DNA of 62,208 nucleotides, taken from positions 1 through 62,208 of IMG/VR virus record IMGVR_UViG_3300048778_000101; one strand, written 5' to 3'. The first letter of the stretch is position 1; each line of letters begins with the position of its first letter. The notes under the pieces are model-generated. The model did not search any database. It had not been told where the DNA came from and saw only the letters and a program-made list of their open reading frames with translations. The position numbers and the translations under genes are program-made. Source of the DNA: a virus. Taxonomy: Duplodnaviria > Caudoviricetes. Shown piece by piece: positions 27,783 to 37,647 of the stretch.

Positions 27783-30700
27783 ACCTCGGGCACAAGTGCT
27801 AATACATTCATAGGCAGCGGATAGTCTTGTTGCAAAGCTACCTGCCCAGAGCGAGCAAAGCCGCCGCTAACTGGGATGCGCACATCCCCGGTATAGAGTG
27901 GGGTAGCTACGCCCCCGGCCAGTTGGGGGGAAGTGAATGGGTAGGGGGAATATAAATTACCGTAAGGCGGCTCAAATTGGGTATCCGGTACAGTGCTCAA
28001 ATTCTTCCAATTAGGGGCTATCTGCGGCGGGTTTTGCACAGAACCATCGGGCTGATTAGCTCCCACCTTAATTCCGCGGGAAGCTTCAAGTCTCGCCGTA
28101 ACTGCCGCAATCTTCTTGCGCTGGCCCTGGACTGTGGGGGAGCCGGCATCGAGATAAACACTTTGCAATTGGGCTTGGTAAGCCAGCCCTATGGTGATCT
28201 GCGAGGCACTGTTGGCTAAAGTAATGGTCCCTTGGGGGGATACCATCTGCGGGGGAATTACAATACCATCCGCGAGGCCAGTAACTACCAGCCCGGCCAG
28301 GTGATTTAGCCCATATACAACGGTAATGGGGGTACTGTACTCCCAATCTCCCAATACTGTTCCGTAAGTTCCGGGTAGTATTAGTGCCGGCACCCCAGGC
28401 ACAGTTGCCGTGAAGGGGGCTACAATATTTACCGTGAGTGCATCAAACCGACCTGCCGTAAAAACGGTGCTTGTAGTTATGGCGATCCCATTTCCGCCGC
28501 GAATAACTGTCCCTATGGGGAGGGTTGCTAGGATAGATGTGGGGACAGTTAGCACTGGCAAGCAGTAAAATGTGGCGGAATTATCCAATACACAGTGCGC
28601 GGAAGCCCCACTGCCTGTTCCGGCGGGATCTGAGATAGAGATTTTCGGGGTAACGTAGCCGGAACCTGCCATAGAGACGGTAACTCCGGTGAGCACCCCA
28701 CCAGTTATAACGGGACTAAGAACTGCCCCCACCCCATCTCCAGTAGTATCTGCTACAGTTACCGTAGTTCCGCTGGAGTAGCCAGTTCCCCCTGCTTCGA
28801 TAACTACACTAGCAATAGCCCCCAGCCCGTAAACACTCTCCACGATGAGATTAGCATCCGCAACTACAGGGCTGCTGTTGGCGGGGATAGTTCCAGTTTT
28901 CGCAATCCCGCTGTCCACACACCAAGAAGTTTCGGCGCTATTCCATAAGCGATTGTCCATACGCTCGATGGTGTAGGTACTACTGCCATTAACAATCCGG
29001 CGCACACAGCAGTACAAGGCGTCTACAGGAGGCTCCGTGACAGCGCAGACGCTCTCGAACAAGCCCGCCGTGTCATGCCGAGCCCACCCGAGCACTTCCT
29101 GTTGCTTCAGGATTGTTAAACTAAGCAGAACCCCATCATCGCGAACTGCCCAAATTACCTTGTAGGGTTCCTCGCACCAAGCCCATTGTTTAATGGTGTG
29201 GCCGATAAATAGATGCGAAGATAATTGGGTAAGATCCGTGCCCGTGTAGATATTTTGGAAGAATTGGTAGGAGATATCCCGAACAATGGAACCTTTCGCC
29301 TGAACGTAGAGGATATCGAAATCAATCCGGATTGGGGGGACTGTGGAAGAGATGCCATTGTAGGCTTGAGGTTGGGCGCTAACTCCGGAGGGGGTTATGG
29401 GCTGCACACTGTAGATGGAAGAGCCGGCTCCGGTAACTTGCCAAGCGGATAGCCCGGTTAGAACTACCAATCCGCCGGGCATGGGCACCAGCCATTGAAC
29501 TCCGTTAACCTGAACTGACCACGGGGTAGCTACAATAGAATCAGTATCGATAGGGGGAACCCGACTATCGAAATTGTTAAAAGCCCCTGACTGCGACATC
29601 CACAAAGTATCGGGGTTATTGATAGTTGAGGCAAACACCCGGCGCTCTTGGAAATAGCCGGGCACTGCTGGATAGGTGCCGGACTGGGGGCCGATTACCA
29701 GACTAGCTGTAGGGGCGACAGATCCGCTGATAAAGGTGGGGACGAGCGTAATTGTATCCGCAGCGGCGTAGCCAAAGCCAGAGTTAGTTACCACAAAGTT
29801 CTGGAAAACGCCATTGTCCCCAATCACGGCGTAACCGGAGAAGCCTGAGCCGGTGGTGGTGTTTATAGTTGCCGTAACCGCTGAAACCGGGTCACCAGCG
29901 CTTGTGGTATTGATTGTTAAAATCTGCCCGTGCGCAAACGGGTTATTGTGGATAGGAGGCACCCGCGAGTAATCTGCCGTAATGTTATTATCGACAAAAG
30001 TAGTGCCGTAACTGGTTCCGATAAACCCGAACAAGCTGCCAGAAGTGATTAGAGAGTAGCCGGTTATTGTGTTGTAGACGTTGTAGGCGGGAGGGGCTTT
30101 GTAGTAGTTGTAGTAGCCGGCTCCGGAAGTTGGGGAGCATTCGATAACTTCCGATCCAGCGGTTACATCAATTTCCACGCTGTTGGTAATTATGGCTACC
30201 GGAGATGCGGGGCTCTCCTCGCCGGTAGCGGCATCAACTGCGGTGGCTACGTATTGGTAGACGGTTGGGGAAGTCCCGGAGGAGACTGTTGTAGTGGCGC
30301 GGCCAGTTATTGAAGCTGGAGCTGCAATTGCAGCTACTGGGGCAGCTTCTGTAAGCGTCCAGGAGTTGTTAGCAGCTCCTCGCACCAAGTCGTAAGGGGG
30401 ATATTCGCTACCCGTCGTGGAGTTAACGCAGCAGAGTGTCATGGTATTTGCGGACTGCGTGTATTTAAGGTACTCTAAGTCAACGGCTGCCCAAGGCGTG
30501 GTGAAGGTGAATACTCGGGTAGCCGTGGAATAAGGAGTTCCATAGATAAAAGGGACATATCCCAGCGTAGATGCCGGGTTCCCAAATGCGTCAAGAAGGC
30601 TGAAACTGGTAGAGGATAGTTTGTTAATTACATAGATATTTCCGTTTAGGTTAAGCATGGTGGAATTGTTGTCGAAGTAGGTGTAGTCGAAGGTAGAAAA

Positions 30701-31084
30701 GCCATGGGGAGCTGTGGTGACTACCACGCCGGGAGTGGCTAGGGTTACGCTGGCAATGGTAGCGGAGACGGTGTCGAGTACATAGGCGCCTTGGTAAATT
30801 ACGCGCATGTAGTGATCGCCAAATTCCAGACAAAGCCCCTGGGCGGTAGAGAACTGGAAGGGAATTAAGCGCGGGGGAGGGGCGCCCGCAAAACCTCCGA
30901 GAGATTGCTTGCTAACTCCCACGAAAGCAGTTCCAGCGCGGGAATAGGCTCCTCCGCGGTAGCTGACAAACATATTTCGCATAGTGGAAGCTGCGGAGTG
31001 GAATTTGGCTAGGTCTACATGGCCGAATAGGGAGGGGGAAATTTCGCCAGAGGCGAAGGCCGTTTGAATAACTGGTACAGACAT
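27725..31084 (-). CDS. tail nozzle / tail tubular protein B with insertions
   Basis: QTAFASGEISP..G..D...NMFV..GGA..RAGT; YPAVPGYFQERRVFA; WMSQSG.FNNF; GWARH; QDYPLPMNVL. Confidence 0.9.
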   Translation of the reverse strand: MSVPVIQTAFASGEISPSLFGHVDLAKFHSAASTMRNMFVSYRGGAYSRAGTAFVGVSKQSLGGFAGAPPPRLIPFQFSTAQGLCLEFGDHYMRVIYQGAYVLDTVSATIASVTLATPGVVVTTAPHGFSTFDYTYFDNNSTMLNLNGNIYVINKLSSTSFSLLDAFGNPASTLGYVPFIYGTPYSTATRVFTFTTPWAAVDLEYLKYTQSANTMTLCCVNSTTGSEYPPYDLVRGAANNSWTLTEAAPVAAIAAPASITGRATTTVSSGTSPTVYQYVATAVDAATGEESPASPVAIITNSVEIDVTAGSEVIECSPTSGAGYYNYYKAPPAYNVYNTITGYSLITSGSLFGFIGTSYGTTFVDNNITADYSRVPPIHNNPFAHGQILTINTTSAGDPVSAVTATINTTTGSGFSGYAVIGDNGVFQNFVVTNSGFGYAAADTITLVPTFISGSVAPTASLVIGPQSGTYPAVPGYFQERRVFASTINNPDTLWMSQSGAFNNFDSRVPPIDTDSIVATPWSVQVNGVQWLVPMPGGLVVLTGLSAWQVTGAGSSIYSVQPITPSGVSAQPQAYNGISSTVPPIRIDFDILYVQAKGSIVRDISYQFFQNIYTGTDLTQLSSHLFIGHTIKQWAWCEEPYKVIWAVRDDGVLLSLTILKQQEVLGWARHDTAGLFESVCAVTEPPVDALYCCVRRIVNGSSTYTIERMDNRLWNSAETSWCVDSGIAKTGTIPANSSPVVADANLIVESVYGLGAIASVVIEAGGTGYSSGTTVTVADTTGDGVGAVLSPVITGGVLTGVTVSMAGSGYVTPKISISDPAGTGSGASAHCVLDNSATFYCLPVLTVPTSILATLPIGTVIRGGNGIAITTSTVFTAGRFDALTVNIVAPFTATVPGVPALILPGTYGTVLGDWEYSTPITVVYGLNHLAGLVVTGLADGIVIPPQMVSPQGTITLANSASQITIGLAYQAQLQSVYLDAGSPTVQGQRKKIAAVTARLEASRGIKVGANQPDGSVQNPPQIAPNWKNLSTVPDTQFEPPYGNLYSPYPFTSPQLAGGVATPLYTGDVRIPVSGGFARSGQVALQQDYPLPMNVLALVPEVWVGDTPQIEARPRQQGTR

Positions 31085-31189
31085 TCTGGCCTCGGGGAAT
31101 TTGTTAGCTCCGGTTAGGATAAGGGGAATTTGGACAAAAGTCTAGCGGGGATTTGGGTAGTTGCCGGACGGGGCTTGGCGTAATTAGGG

Positions 31190-31990
31190 GGATTTGAGAG
31201 GGCCGTAACTAGTCGCGCTTAACCCGACGCCACGGGGCTTCTTATTTGCTGAAACTAGGAATGCTAAACCTACCGCAATTAGGAATGCTTAATTCACCAG
31301 AATTAAATAGGATAAGTGTCCGCCGCAACTAGGCACGCCAAACTTTTCAAGCTAACTTATAACTAACTTCAATTTCGCTAGGCCCCCTGGAAATCAACGA
31401 TTTATCGTACCACGCAAATAGCATTCTGGCAAGAGAAATCCGCTAGTTAGCTTAAGTATTATTAAAACAAGCCGAGATAATTCCGGGCAGTCGCAAGTCT
31501 TGTGTAATTGCCAATTCCCGGCGGAGCCGGGTATAGCTGGAGCCGGGTATAGCCGGGTATAGCTGGAGAATGGTGAGCCGGGGAATGGTGAGCTTGGGAA
31601 TTGCAAGTTAGAAAGTGATGAGTTAAAAGACGAATTGGCAACTGCAAACTAGACCCGAGCTACCCCGGCGCCGCCAGGCTGATTAGAGTTTGGCTAGCTC
31701 GGATAGTTGGTTTAATTGGTCGAAGCTGAGCCGATGCGAATCAGTTTAATTTATTATAACAATACCCGGCGGAGCCGGGGGTAATCGAAGGATGGCAGTT
31801 TCTAGCCTGTCAAATCGCCAAACTAGTCGAAGCTAATTAGAAACTGGCAGCCCCATTTAACCCGCCCAAACAATACCCGTCGTAGCCGGGAATAGCCGAG
31901 CAATCTGCGATAACTTCTAGCTATAGTACATCTATAATAGGAAGCCCGCGGGCCCGCGGCAAAGCACGACTAGTTATCTCAAACCCCCAC
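31190..31990. other. structured non-coding element A (iteron-like boxes, GNA hairpins, palindrome, flanking inverted repeats)
   Basis: no credible ORF; motif-by-motif homology to 52010-52852. Confidence 0.75.
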
Positions 31991-32023
31991 CAGCAATACT
32001 CATCCCGCAAGTTCCCAAATACA

Positions 32024-32067
32024 CAAAATAAAACAGACCAGCCCCAACTCAATGAGACTAGTCTGTT
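32024..32067 (-). terminator. Rho-independent terminator of the head/adaptor operon
   Basis: minus strand AACAGACTAGTCTCA-TTGAGT-TGGGGCTGGTCTGTT followed by TTATTTTG; G:U pairs work only on the minus strand. Confidence 0.7.
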
Positions 32068-32093
32068 ACCAATTCCCCTAATTAACCCTAGAC

Positions 32094-32969
32094 CTAATAA
32101 GCGGACCCGTCCGAAAACCCGCAGGTATCCCAGCCATAACCCAAAGTGCCCATACCCGCAGCGAACCCGCCAGCCCCCCAGAGCCTAGTCCCGCTATCCC
32201 TAATCCGCATCCAATCCGGCGTATGGTCCGTAGAATACCAACCCTCATTCCCATCCGTAATCCGAGCTTGCTGCAACTTACTCTTAGCAACGGCAATCTG
32301 TTGCCCCCGCAACTCCAGCCCAAACTTTTTATCCTTACTCAATGTAAGCGCAACCTCACTAGCCAAATAAGCCACAAAGGCCGCCCTAAACAATGCATCC
32401 CAAATACTCGGAAACATAACCAGCGACGTGTAAACCAACTGCGCCTGCGCTACATTAGTCAAGATAACAGTCTGCCCCGTCGGACTAACCCCAGGCTGCT
32501 CCCAATACTGCCCTTGCATCGGAGGGATGTTATTAAAATCCGTAGCTACCGTAAACCTAGCCGGAACCATCCGTATCGAACTTTGCGTGGGCGAACCAAC
32601 CTGCGCCACCGGATTAGGCGGAGCCATAATATTCCCCGGAGCCCCACTCGCCGTGGAGTTAAATGCATTAACCGGAACAAACCTAGCCTTAACGCAATCC
32701 GCCGGATACTGATACTCATACTGCCACGGAACCGGAACTACAGTCCCCACATTAGGCGTCTGCCCACTCCCGTCAGCCAGCAGAAAGAGGGGCGCTGTCT
32801 TTCTGGCAAAATCCCAATGTGCAGCACGCAGCAACTGCCGAACGCACTGCCCATAGGCCCGTAAGCATACCTGCGCCTCCCGCGTCCCCTCTTCCAAATC
32901 GCCAATTACGACCTCGCTTCCAATCGCATCCAATGCTTGATTAACTACATCTGCGGGTAAATTAGCCAC
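32094..32969 (-). CDS. tail adaptor / tail tubular protein A paralogue 4
   Basis: DVVNQALDAIG...LLRAAHWDFA...WQYEYQYPADC...WDALFRAAFVAYLA. Confidence 0.85.
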   Translation of the reverse strand: MANLPADVVNQALDAIGSEVVIGDLEEGTREAQVCLRAYGQCVRQLLRAAHWDFARKTAPLFLLADGSGQTPNVGTVVPVPWQYEYQYPADCVKARFVPVNAFNSTASGAPGNIMAPPNPVAQVGSPTQSSIRMVPARFTVATDFNNIPPMQGQYWEQPGVSPTGQTVILTNVAQAQLVYTSLVMFPSIWDALFRAAFVAYLASEVALTLSKDKKFGLELRGQQIAVAKSKLQQARITDGNEGWYSTDHTPDWMRIRDSGTRLWGAGGFAAGMGTLGYGWDTCGFSDGSAY

Positions 32970-32971
32970 AA

Positions 32972-33598
32972 TTAGCCCCTTTCCGAGGTGGCTTCAACCG
33001 TACTGCGCAAGGCTAGATCGGCATCCAGTTTCTGCTCGGCCAGCCTCTCCTGCGTCAGTATAGCTATCCTAGGAGATAGTCTTTCCGCCAGCTTAGCCAC
33101 AAGCACTTCCACGAACAACGGCTCCCAGGTGGACATGTCTGTAACTTGCCCGGTGTAGGTCAGAATTGCCCCAGTCACATTGCAGCAAATTGTCTTCTGC
33201 GCGGGCGAATACGACGTATCATTAATCACCGCAAACGAATTAGGCTGCGGATCGAAATTAGGTATCCAAAGCGGAGCGGCTTTAATCGATCGCACTTTAA
33301 GACAATCGCCGGGATAACTATATTCAAACATCCACGGGATCGGGGGATACGCGGGGCTCCAGACCGTAGGCGGAATATACCCATTAGCCGGAGCTACCTT
33401 CAGCACACTTAAGGACAAGTTTCTTTCTGCAAACCCATAGTCATTCGCACGAAGGGCCTCATCCCTAGTCTGAGAATACACCTCCAGGGCAGCTTCAGCA
33501 GCCGGGCTTCCCTCGAACAAATTACCGATACGCCGATCAAACCCCAGCCTCACCAGAGCTTGATTTACAATATCCTCTGGCGAAGTTGGGGATGACAT
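32972..33598 (-). CDS. tail adaptor / tail tubular protein A paralogue 3
   Basis: DIVNQALVRLG...DEALR..YGFA...WMFEYSYPGDC...WEPLFVEVLVAKLA. Confidence 0.85.
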   Translation of the reverse strand: MSSPTSPEDIVNQALVRLGFDRRIGNLFEGSPAAEAALEVYSQTRDEALRANDYGFAERNLSLSVLKVAPANGYIPPTVWSPAYPPIPWMFEYSYPGDCLKVRSIKAAPLWIPNFDPQPNSFAVINDTSYSPAQKTICCNVTGAILTYTGQVTDMSTWEPLFVEVLVAKLAERLSPRIAILTQERLAEQKLDADLALRSTVEATSERG

Positions 33599-33601
33599 AG
33601 C

Positions 33602-34228
33602 TTAAGTTTCCGTAACAGAAGCGACCTGGAACGCATTATCAGCATCCGTATCACTCTGTTTCAGCAGAGCTTCAATGTGCTGCATATTAGCCAGCGCAAC
33701 GGTGAAAGCTTTGGCCAATTTATCAACCAGCGCATTTACGAACAACGTATCCCAAGTGGTCATATCCGTAATTTGGCCAGTGTAGGTCAGAACCAAATTC
33801 GGAGCATTTGCCAGGATAACTCGCTGCGGAGGCGTGTACGCGCTATCATTGCCCACGGCAAAATGCTGCGGAAGCGGGTCCAAATTAGGCAGAACAGCCG
33901 GAGTACTCTGAACATACAGCACTCGGATGCAGTCTGAGGGATAAGCATACTCATATTCCCAAGGGAGAATAGGATATGTATTCGCCCAAGGAGTTGAGCC
34001 ATAGCCACCTGTGGGGGCAGATTTAAGCTGCGTCAAAGTTACAGTTCGCTGCGCAAACCCCCAGTCTTTCATACGCAGGGCTTCATCACGGCTCTGGGAA
34101 TACAAATCCAACGCCAACTTACTGGCCGGACTGCCTTCAAACAAGTTACCAATTCGGCGCGGGTAGCCGAGCTTCCCCAGCGCCATATTAACAATGTCTT
34201 CTGGAGACGTAACGCTACTAGCCATCAA
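33602..34228 (-). CDS. tail adaptor / tail tubular protein A paralogue 2
   Basis: DIVNMALGKLG...DEALR..WGFA...WEYEYAYPSDC...WDTLFVNALVDKLA. Confidence 0.85.
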   Translation of the reverse strand: MMASSVTSPEDIVNMALGKLGYPRRIGNLFEGSPASKLALDLYSQSRDEALRMKDWGFAQRTVTLTQLKSAPTGGYGSTPWANTYPILPWEYEYAYPSDCIRVLYVQSTPAVLPNLDPLPQHFAVGNDSAYTPPQRVILANAPNLVLTYTGQITDMTTWDTLFVNALVDKLAKAFTVALANMQHIEALLKQSDTDADNAFQVASVTET

Positions 34229-34788
34229 TCTTGCCTTTCCTGGCCAACTTGTTCAAACGCCGCCGACTGGTCTAGCGTATCTCTGGAGGTATCCGGTTTA
34301 CCTGCAATTGCCATAGCCATGCTGGAAGCCAACATCCGCACAACAGTTTCGCGGAAAATAGAGTCCCACAAGTTCTCCGATGGGACATTTGTATACATAA
34401 CTTGTGCATTCGGCAAGTTAGTTTGGATTACTTTTGTTGGAATTCCGCCCACCAGGGAATTAGCGACCTCCCATCGAATGGGCAACGGGTTAAAAGGATC
34501 TGCGAGTGTCGGAGGATTTAACTGCCGGACTTGGATACCATTCGGATACAGGTACTCAACAGTCCACGGGAACGGGGCGGTATTCCCTGACAGAACCAGC
34601 GCGGCAGTGGTTCGAGAAAAATCCCAGCCGAACCGACGGCCTACAGTTTCAACCGTCGGAAGATACAAAGAAGCAGCCGCTACACCCGCAGGAGAACTGT
34701 CAAATGTAGGATAAGTCCCAGTAACTGGGGTTTGATTATCCCCGATTAGCTGGATAGCTTGGTTAACGATGTCAGTTGATGTAACCAT
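34225..34788 (-). CDS. tail adaptor / tail tubular protein A paralogue 1
   Basis: DIVNQAIQLIG...WDFS...WTVEYLYP...WDSIFRETVVRMLA. Confidence 0.85.
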   Translation of the reverse strand: MVTSTDIVNQAIQLIGDNQTPVTGTYPTFDSSPAGVAAASLYLPTVETVGRRFGWDFSRTTAALVLSGNTAPFPWTVEYLYPNGIQVRQLNPPTLADPFNPLPIRWEVANSLVGGIPTKVIQTNLPNAQVMYTNVPSENLWDSIFRETVVRMLASSMAMAIAGKPDTSRDTLDQSAAFEQVGQERQD

Positions 34789-34791
34789 GGC

Positions 34792-36999
34792 TTAATACTC
34801 AATCCAAGCCAACCCAGGAGATCCGTTGCCTCCGGGATAACTGCCCGCTGAACCCCCGCCGCCGCCTGCGCAGTATCCGTAAGCATTAGACCCCGCTGCA
34901 CCAGTTTCTATCCCACCCTGCCCGAACTGACTACTCCCACCGCAGGTACCAAACCCTTGCGAAGACATATAAGGTCCGGTGGTGCAAGTATAGGAGTTAG
35001 CTCCAGTGGGAATAGTATCCAGCGGACCGCCCAAAGCTACGCCACCAATTCCAGGTTCGGCAGTGGATCCCACAGTTGCATAAGTTCCGCCCTCGCCACC
35101 AGTAGCCCTAAGAGACCCAACCGTAGTTGTAGCACCGGCAGAGCCATCTACCCCAGCCCCGCTGCCAGAACCGCTGGACCCGATAGTGATAGAGACCGAA
35201 GTTCCTGGAGTGGTGGTTATAACTCCCCTATTCCACCCGCCGGCACCCCCGCCAGCCGCCCCATAGGAAGCTGTACCACCACCGCCGCCGCCGCCACCCC
35301 CACACAGGGTAACTGTGTAACTATACACGCCCGCTGGAACTGTCCAAGTCCCGGACGATGTAACTGCAACCAATCCATGCGGGATAGTTACTGAAAGAGC
35401 CCCGCCACTAAGGGACAAGTTAGCACCAATTGACGCAGAGGCTGCCAGATTTGGTGTCCCGCTCCCTACCAAGACTTCCCCGGAAGCCGGGGGCACAGTA
35501 GTTTGCGTAATTGTATTTGTAAGAGAAGACCCGGAAAGACTTAGACCAGCTCCAACATTAACAGTGGACGCAGTTCCTGCAACTCCAGTTCCCCCCAGAA
35601 GCTGCCCGGCCCCCGGCGGTACGGTAACTTGTGTAATTGTACTGGAGAGTGCCCCACCGCTGAGGTTGAGACCAGCTCCAATAGCTACCGCAGAAGCAGT
35701 CCCGCTAATTCCGCTGCCACCCAACAACTCCCCAGATGCTGCCGGGACTTCGACTTGAGTAATAGTACTAGCAAGCGTACCTGCGGCGAAACTAAGCCCA
35801 GTCCCGACAGTAACACTAGCTGCCTGATTGGCGGTTCCACTCCCACTGAGCAGTTTGGAACCGTCTGACGGAATAGTTGCTTGTGTAATAGTGCTGAACA
35901 AGGTGCCTGAGGTCAGCGAAAGCCCGGCCCCCAGAGAGACATCAGCAGCTTGATTAGGTGTTCCGCTGCCCCCAAGCAGTTTGGTAGCATCCGCGGGGAT
36001 AGTTGCTTGTGTAATAGTGCTGAACAAAGTTCCAGCGATCAGACTGAGACCCGTCCCAACTACCACCGCCGAGGCCGTCCCACTGGTACCACTACCCCCG
36101 AGCAAATCCCCAGAGGCCGGGGGAATACTGTTTGTATTGGTCAGGTATCCGCCGGAGAGTTGCAGCCCAGTTCCAATAGCTACTGGTGAGGCTGTTCCAA
36201 TAAAACCACTTCCACCAAGTAGCTCTCCTGTCGCCGGTGGGATAGTTGCGCAAGGGGCTCCGAAGTCCACGGCATTACCGAATACATCAAATTCCAAGCA
36301 GTTGAAGCTGGCATAACTGCCTGTAGACAATTGAATTCGGGGGCCATTTCCACGAACCGCCGCACTCCCGCCTAGACCGACTACCTGCCCTCCGAATGTG
36401 ATAACAGAGTTCGTTAGGTAAGCATTGGAAATAGACAGGGGGGCGATGTTATTCAGAACAGTTCCGCAGTCTTTTAGAACTGTTCCGGTGGAATTATTCC
36501 AGCAGGCTACATCACCAACTGCGGAGGCATTTGGCCCGCTTAGATAGCCGTTTGTAGGGAGCGTAACTATCTGCCCATTGGCCATGATAGTAAACGGCAA
36601 CGGAGCCGCCCCACCCCCGGAGCCATATTCCAAAAGACCGCTACCCTGTGCATTGGGGCTTAGACAGACGTAATGGTAGCCATTAGCACTAGTTGTTGGG
36701 CCATCGTAGTCGCAGAAGTTGGCCCCATAAGGGCCAGTTCCGCCATTGGGAAAGGGGCCGGTACCAACGCCACGGACGGTGAGACCTAGTTCAGAAAGAC
36801 CTACCCCAATTGCCCCGCCAGCGGCAGTTCCGCTGTCTTGTACAACAGGCTGCCATGCGGTAGATCCGCCAGGGCCAGCGTACATGGGAACATGCCCAAC
36901 GGACCAGGGGCCGCCTTGTATAACTGTGCTCTGCGCATAACTGACTGCTGGTGACAGGGCTAGGCAAACCGCTAGGGAGTAAGGTAGACCGCGCATCAT
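34792..36999 (-). CDS. fibre protein: signal peptide, seven ~42-aa shaft repeats, Gly-rich tip
   Basis: MRGLPYSLAVCLALSPAVSYA/Q; repeats P.xG.LLGGSG...A..V..G.GL.L..G.L..TITQ; SSGTWTVPAGV...CGGGGGGG. Confidence 0.8.
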   Translation of the reverse strand: MMRGLPYSLAVCLALSPAVSYAQSTVIQGGPWSVGHVPMYAGPGGSTAWQPVVQDSGTAAGGAIGVGLSELGLTVRGVGTGPFPNGGTGPYGANFCDYDGPTTSANGYHYVCLSPNAQGSGLLEYGSGGGAAPLPFTIMANGQIVTLPTNGYLSGPNASAVGDVACWNNSTGTVLKDCGTVLNNIAPLSISNAYLTNSVITFGGQVVGLGGSAAVRGNGPRIQLSTGSYASFNCLEFDVFGNAVDFGAPCATIPPATGELLGGSGFIGTASPVAIGTGLQLSGGYLTNTNSIPPASGDLLGGSGTSGTASAVVVGTGLSLIAGTLFSTITQATIPADATKLLGGSGTPNQAADVSLGAGLSLTSGTLFSTITQATIPSDGSKLLSGSGTANQAASVTVGTGLSFAAGTLASTITQVEVPAASGELLGGSGISGTASAVAIGAGLNLSGGALSSTITQVTVPPGAGQLLGGTGVAGTASTVNVGAGLSLSGSSLTNTITQTTVPPASGEVLVGSGTPNLAASASIGANLSLSGGALSVTIPHGLVAVTSSGTWTVPAGVYSYTVTLCGGGGGGGGGTASYGAAGGGAGGWNRGVITTTPGTSVSITIGSSGSGSGAGVDGSAGATTTVGSLRATGGEGGTYATVGSTAEPGIGGVALGGPLDTIPTGANSYTCTTGPYMSSQGFGTCGGSSQFGQGGIETGAAGSNAYGYCAGGGGGSAGSYPGGNGSPGLAWIEY

Positions 37000-37014
37000 A
37001 GTCTTTCATCAAAT

Positions 37015-37071
37015 GGGGCTAGATGTAAGTTTGCACAGTATTAGCAATTACCGCAAGCTTAATCTAGCCCC
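37015..37071. terminator. long intergenic hairpin
   Basis: GGGGCTAGAT.TAAGTTTGC...GCAAGCTTAATCTAGCCCC. Confidence 0.5.
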
Positions 37072-37143
37072 TTTGAAATAGTTGAGAGTTACGGTGAGAT
37101 TCCGGTGGCGAGGCCAGAAGGGTGAAGTTTTTGTTAACTTGCG

Positions 37144-37647
37144 TTAACTCGGAAGTGTCCAAACGACTGCTTGGACGGCGGCTTCTGTGGTTGCGGCGCA
37201 GATCTCAGCCGCAAGAACAGAATTTTGAACGACAAGCGCCTCTTTAGCCACGCTGCCATCCTGTAGAACCTTCAAGATTTGCGGGGCCGTGTGTGCGACA
37301 TAGCCCCAATTTCCAGAAGCATCGGCGCACCAGAACTTTCCGCCAATACCGCCAGCCACCAAACCCACCAGATTGGCTTGGTCGGTTTGGCCTGACGGAT
37401 AGGTATAGACCGCCCCAAGCGCGGAAGACTGAAAGCCCCCAATAATGGCCGACGCACATCCAGCAGATACGGCGTAAATTTGAGTGTCTTGCGCCTGCGC
37501 CAGGGCGGCGGCGGCATAACCCGGAAAGGCCGTGGCCAGTTGGGCCGGGGTGGGGAAATCGTCGAACAACACCTCGCCGGCAGCCGGCGTGTGATCGTTG
37601 GAACAGCAGGAAATGTAGCTCCCATTACCACTCGCTACATACATCAC
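37144..37647 (-). CDS. tail-fibre-associated protein (DUF4376-like)
   Basis: IIGGFQSSALG..YTYPS..TDQANL...FWCAD...HTAPQI..V...AATTEAAVQAVVW. Confidence 0.75.
   Translation of the reverse strand: MMYVASGNGSYISCCSNDHTPAAGEVLFDDFPTPAQLATAFPGYAAAALAQAQDTQIYAVSAGCASAIIGGFQSSALGAVYTYPSGQTDQANLVGLVAGGIGGKFWCADASGNWGYVAHTAPQILKVLQDGSVAKEALVVQNSVLAAEICAATTEAAVQAVVWTLPS

Noticed and set aside
31325-31346. 17-bp box read as a sigma54 promoter (minus strand TTGGCGTGCCTAGTTGC)
   Set aside because: GG-to-GC spacing is 11 nt rather than the required 10, and the other boxes lack the GC.
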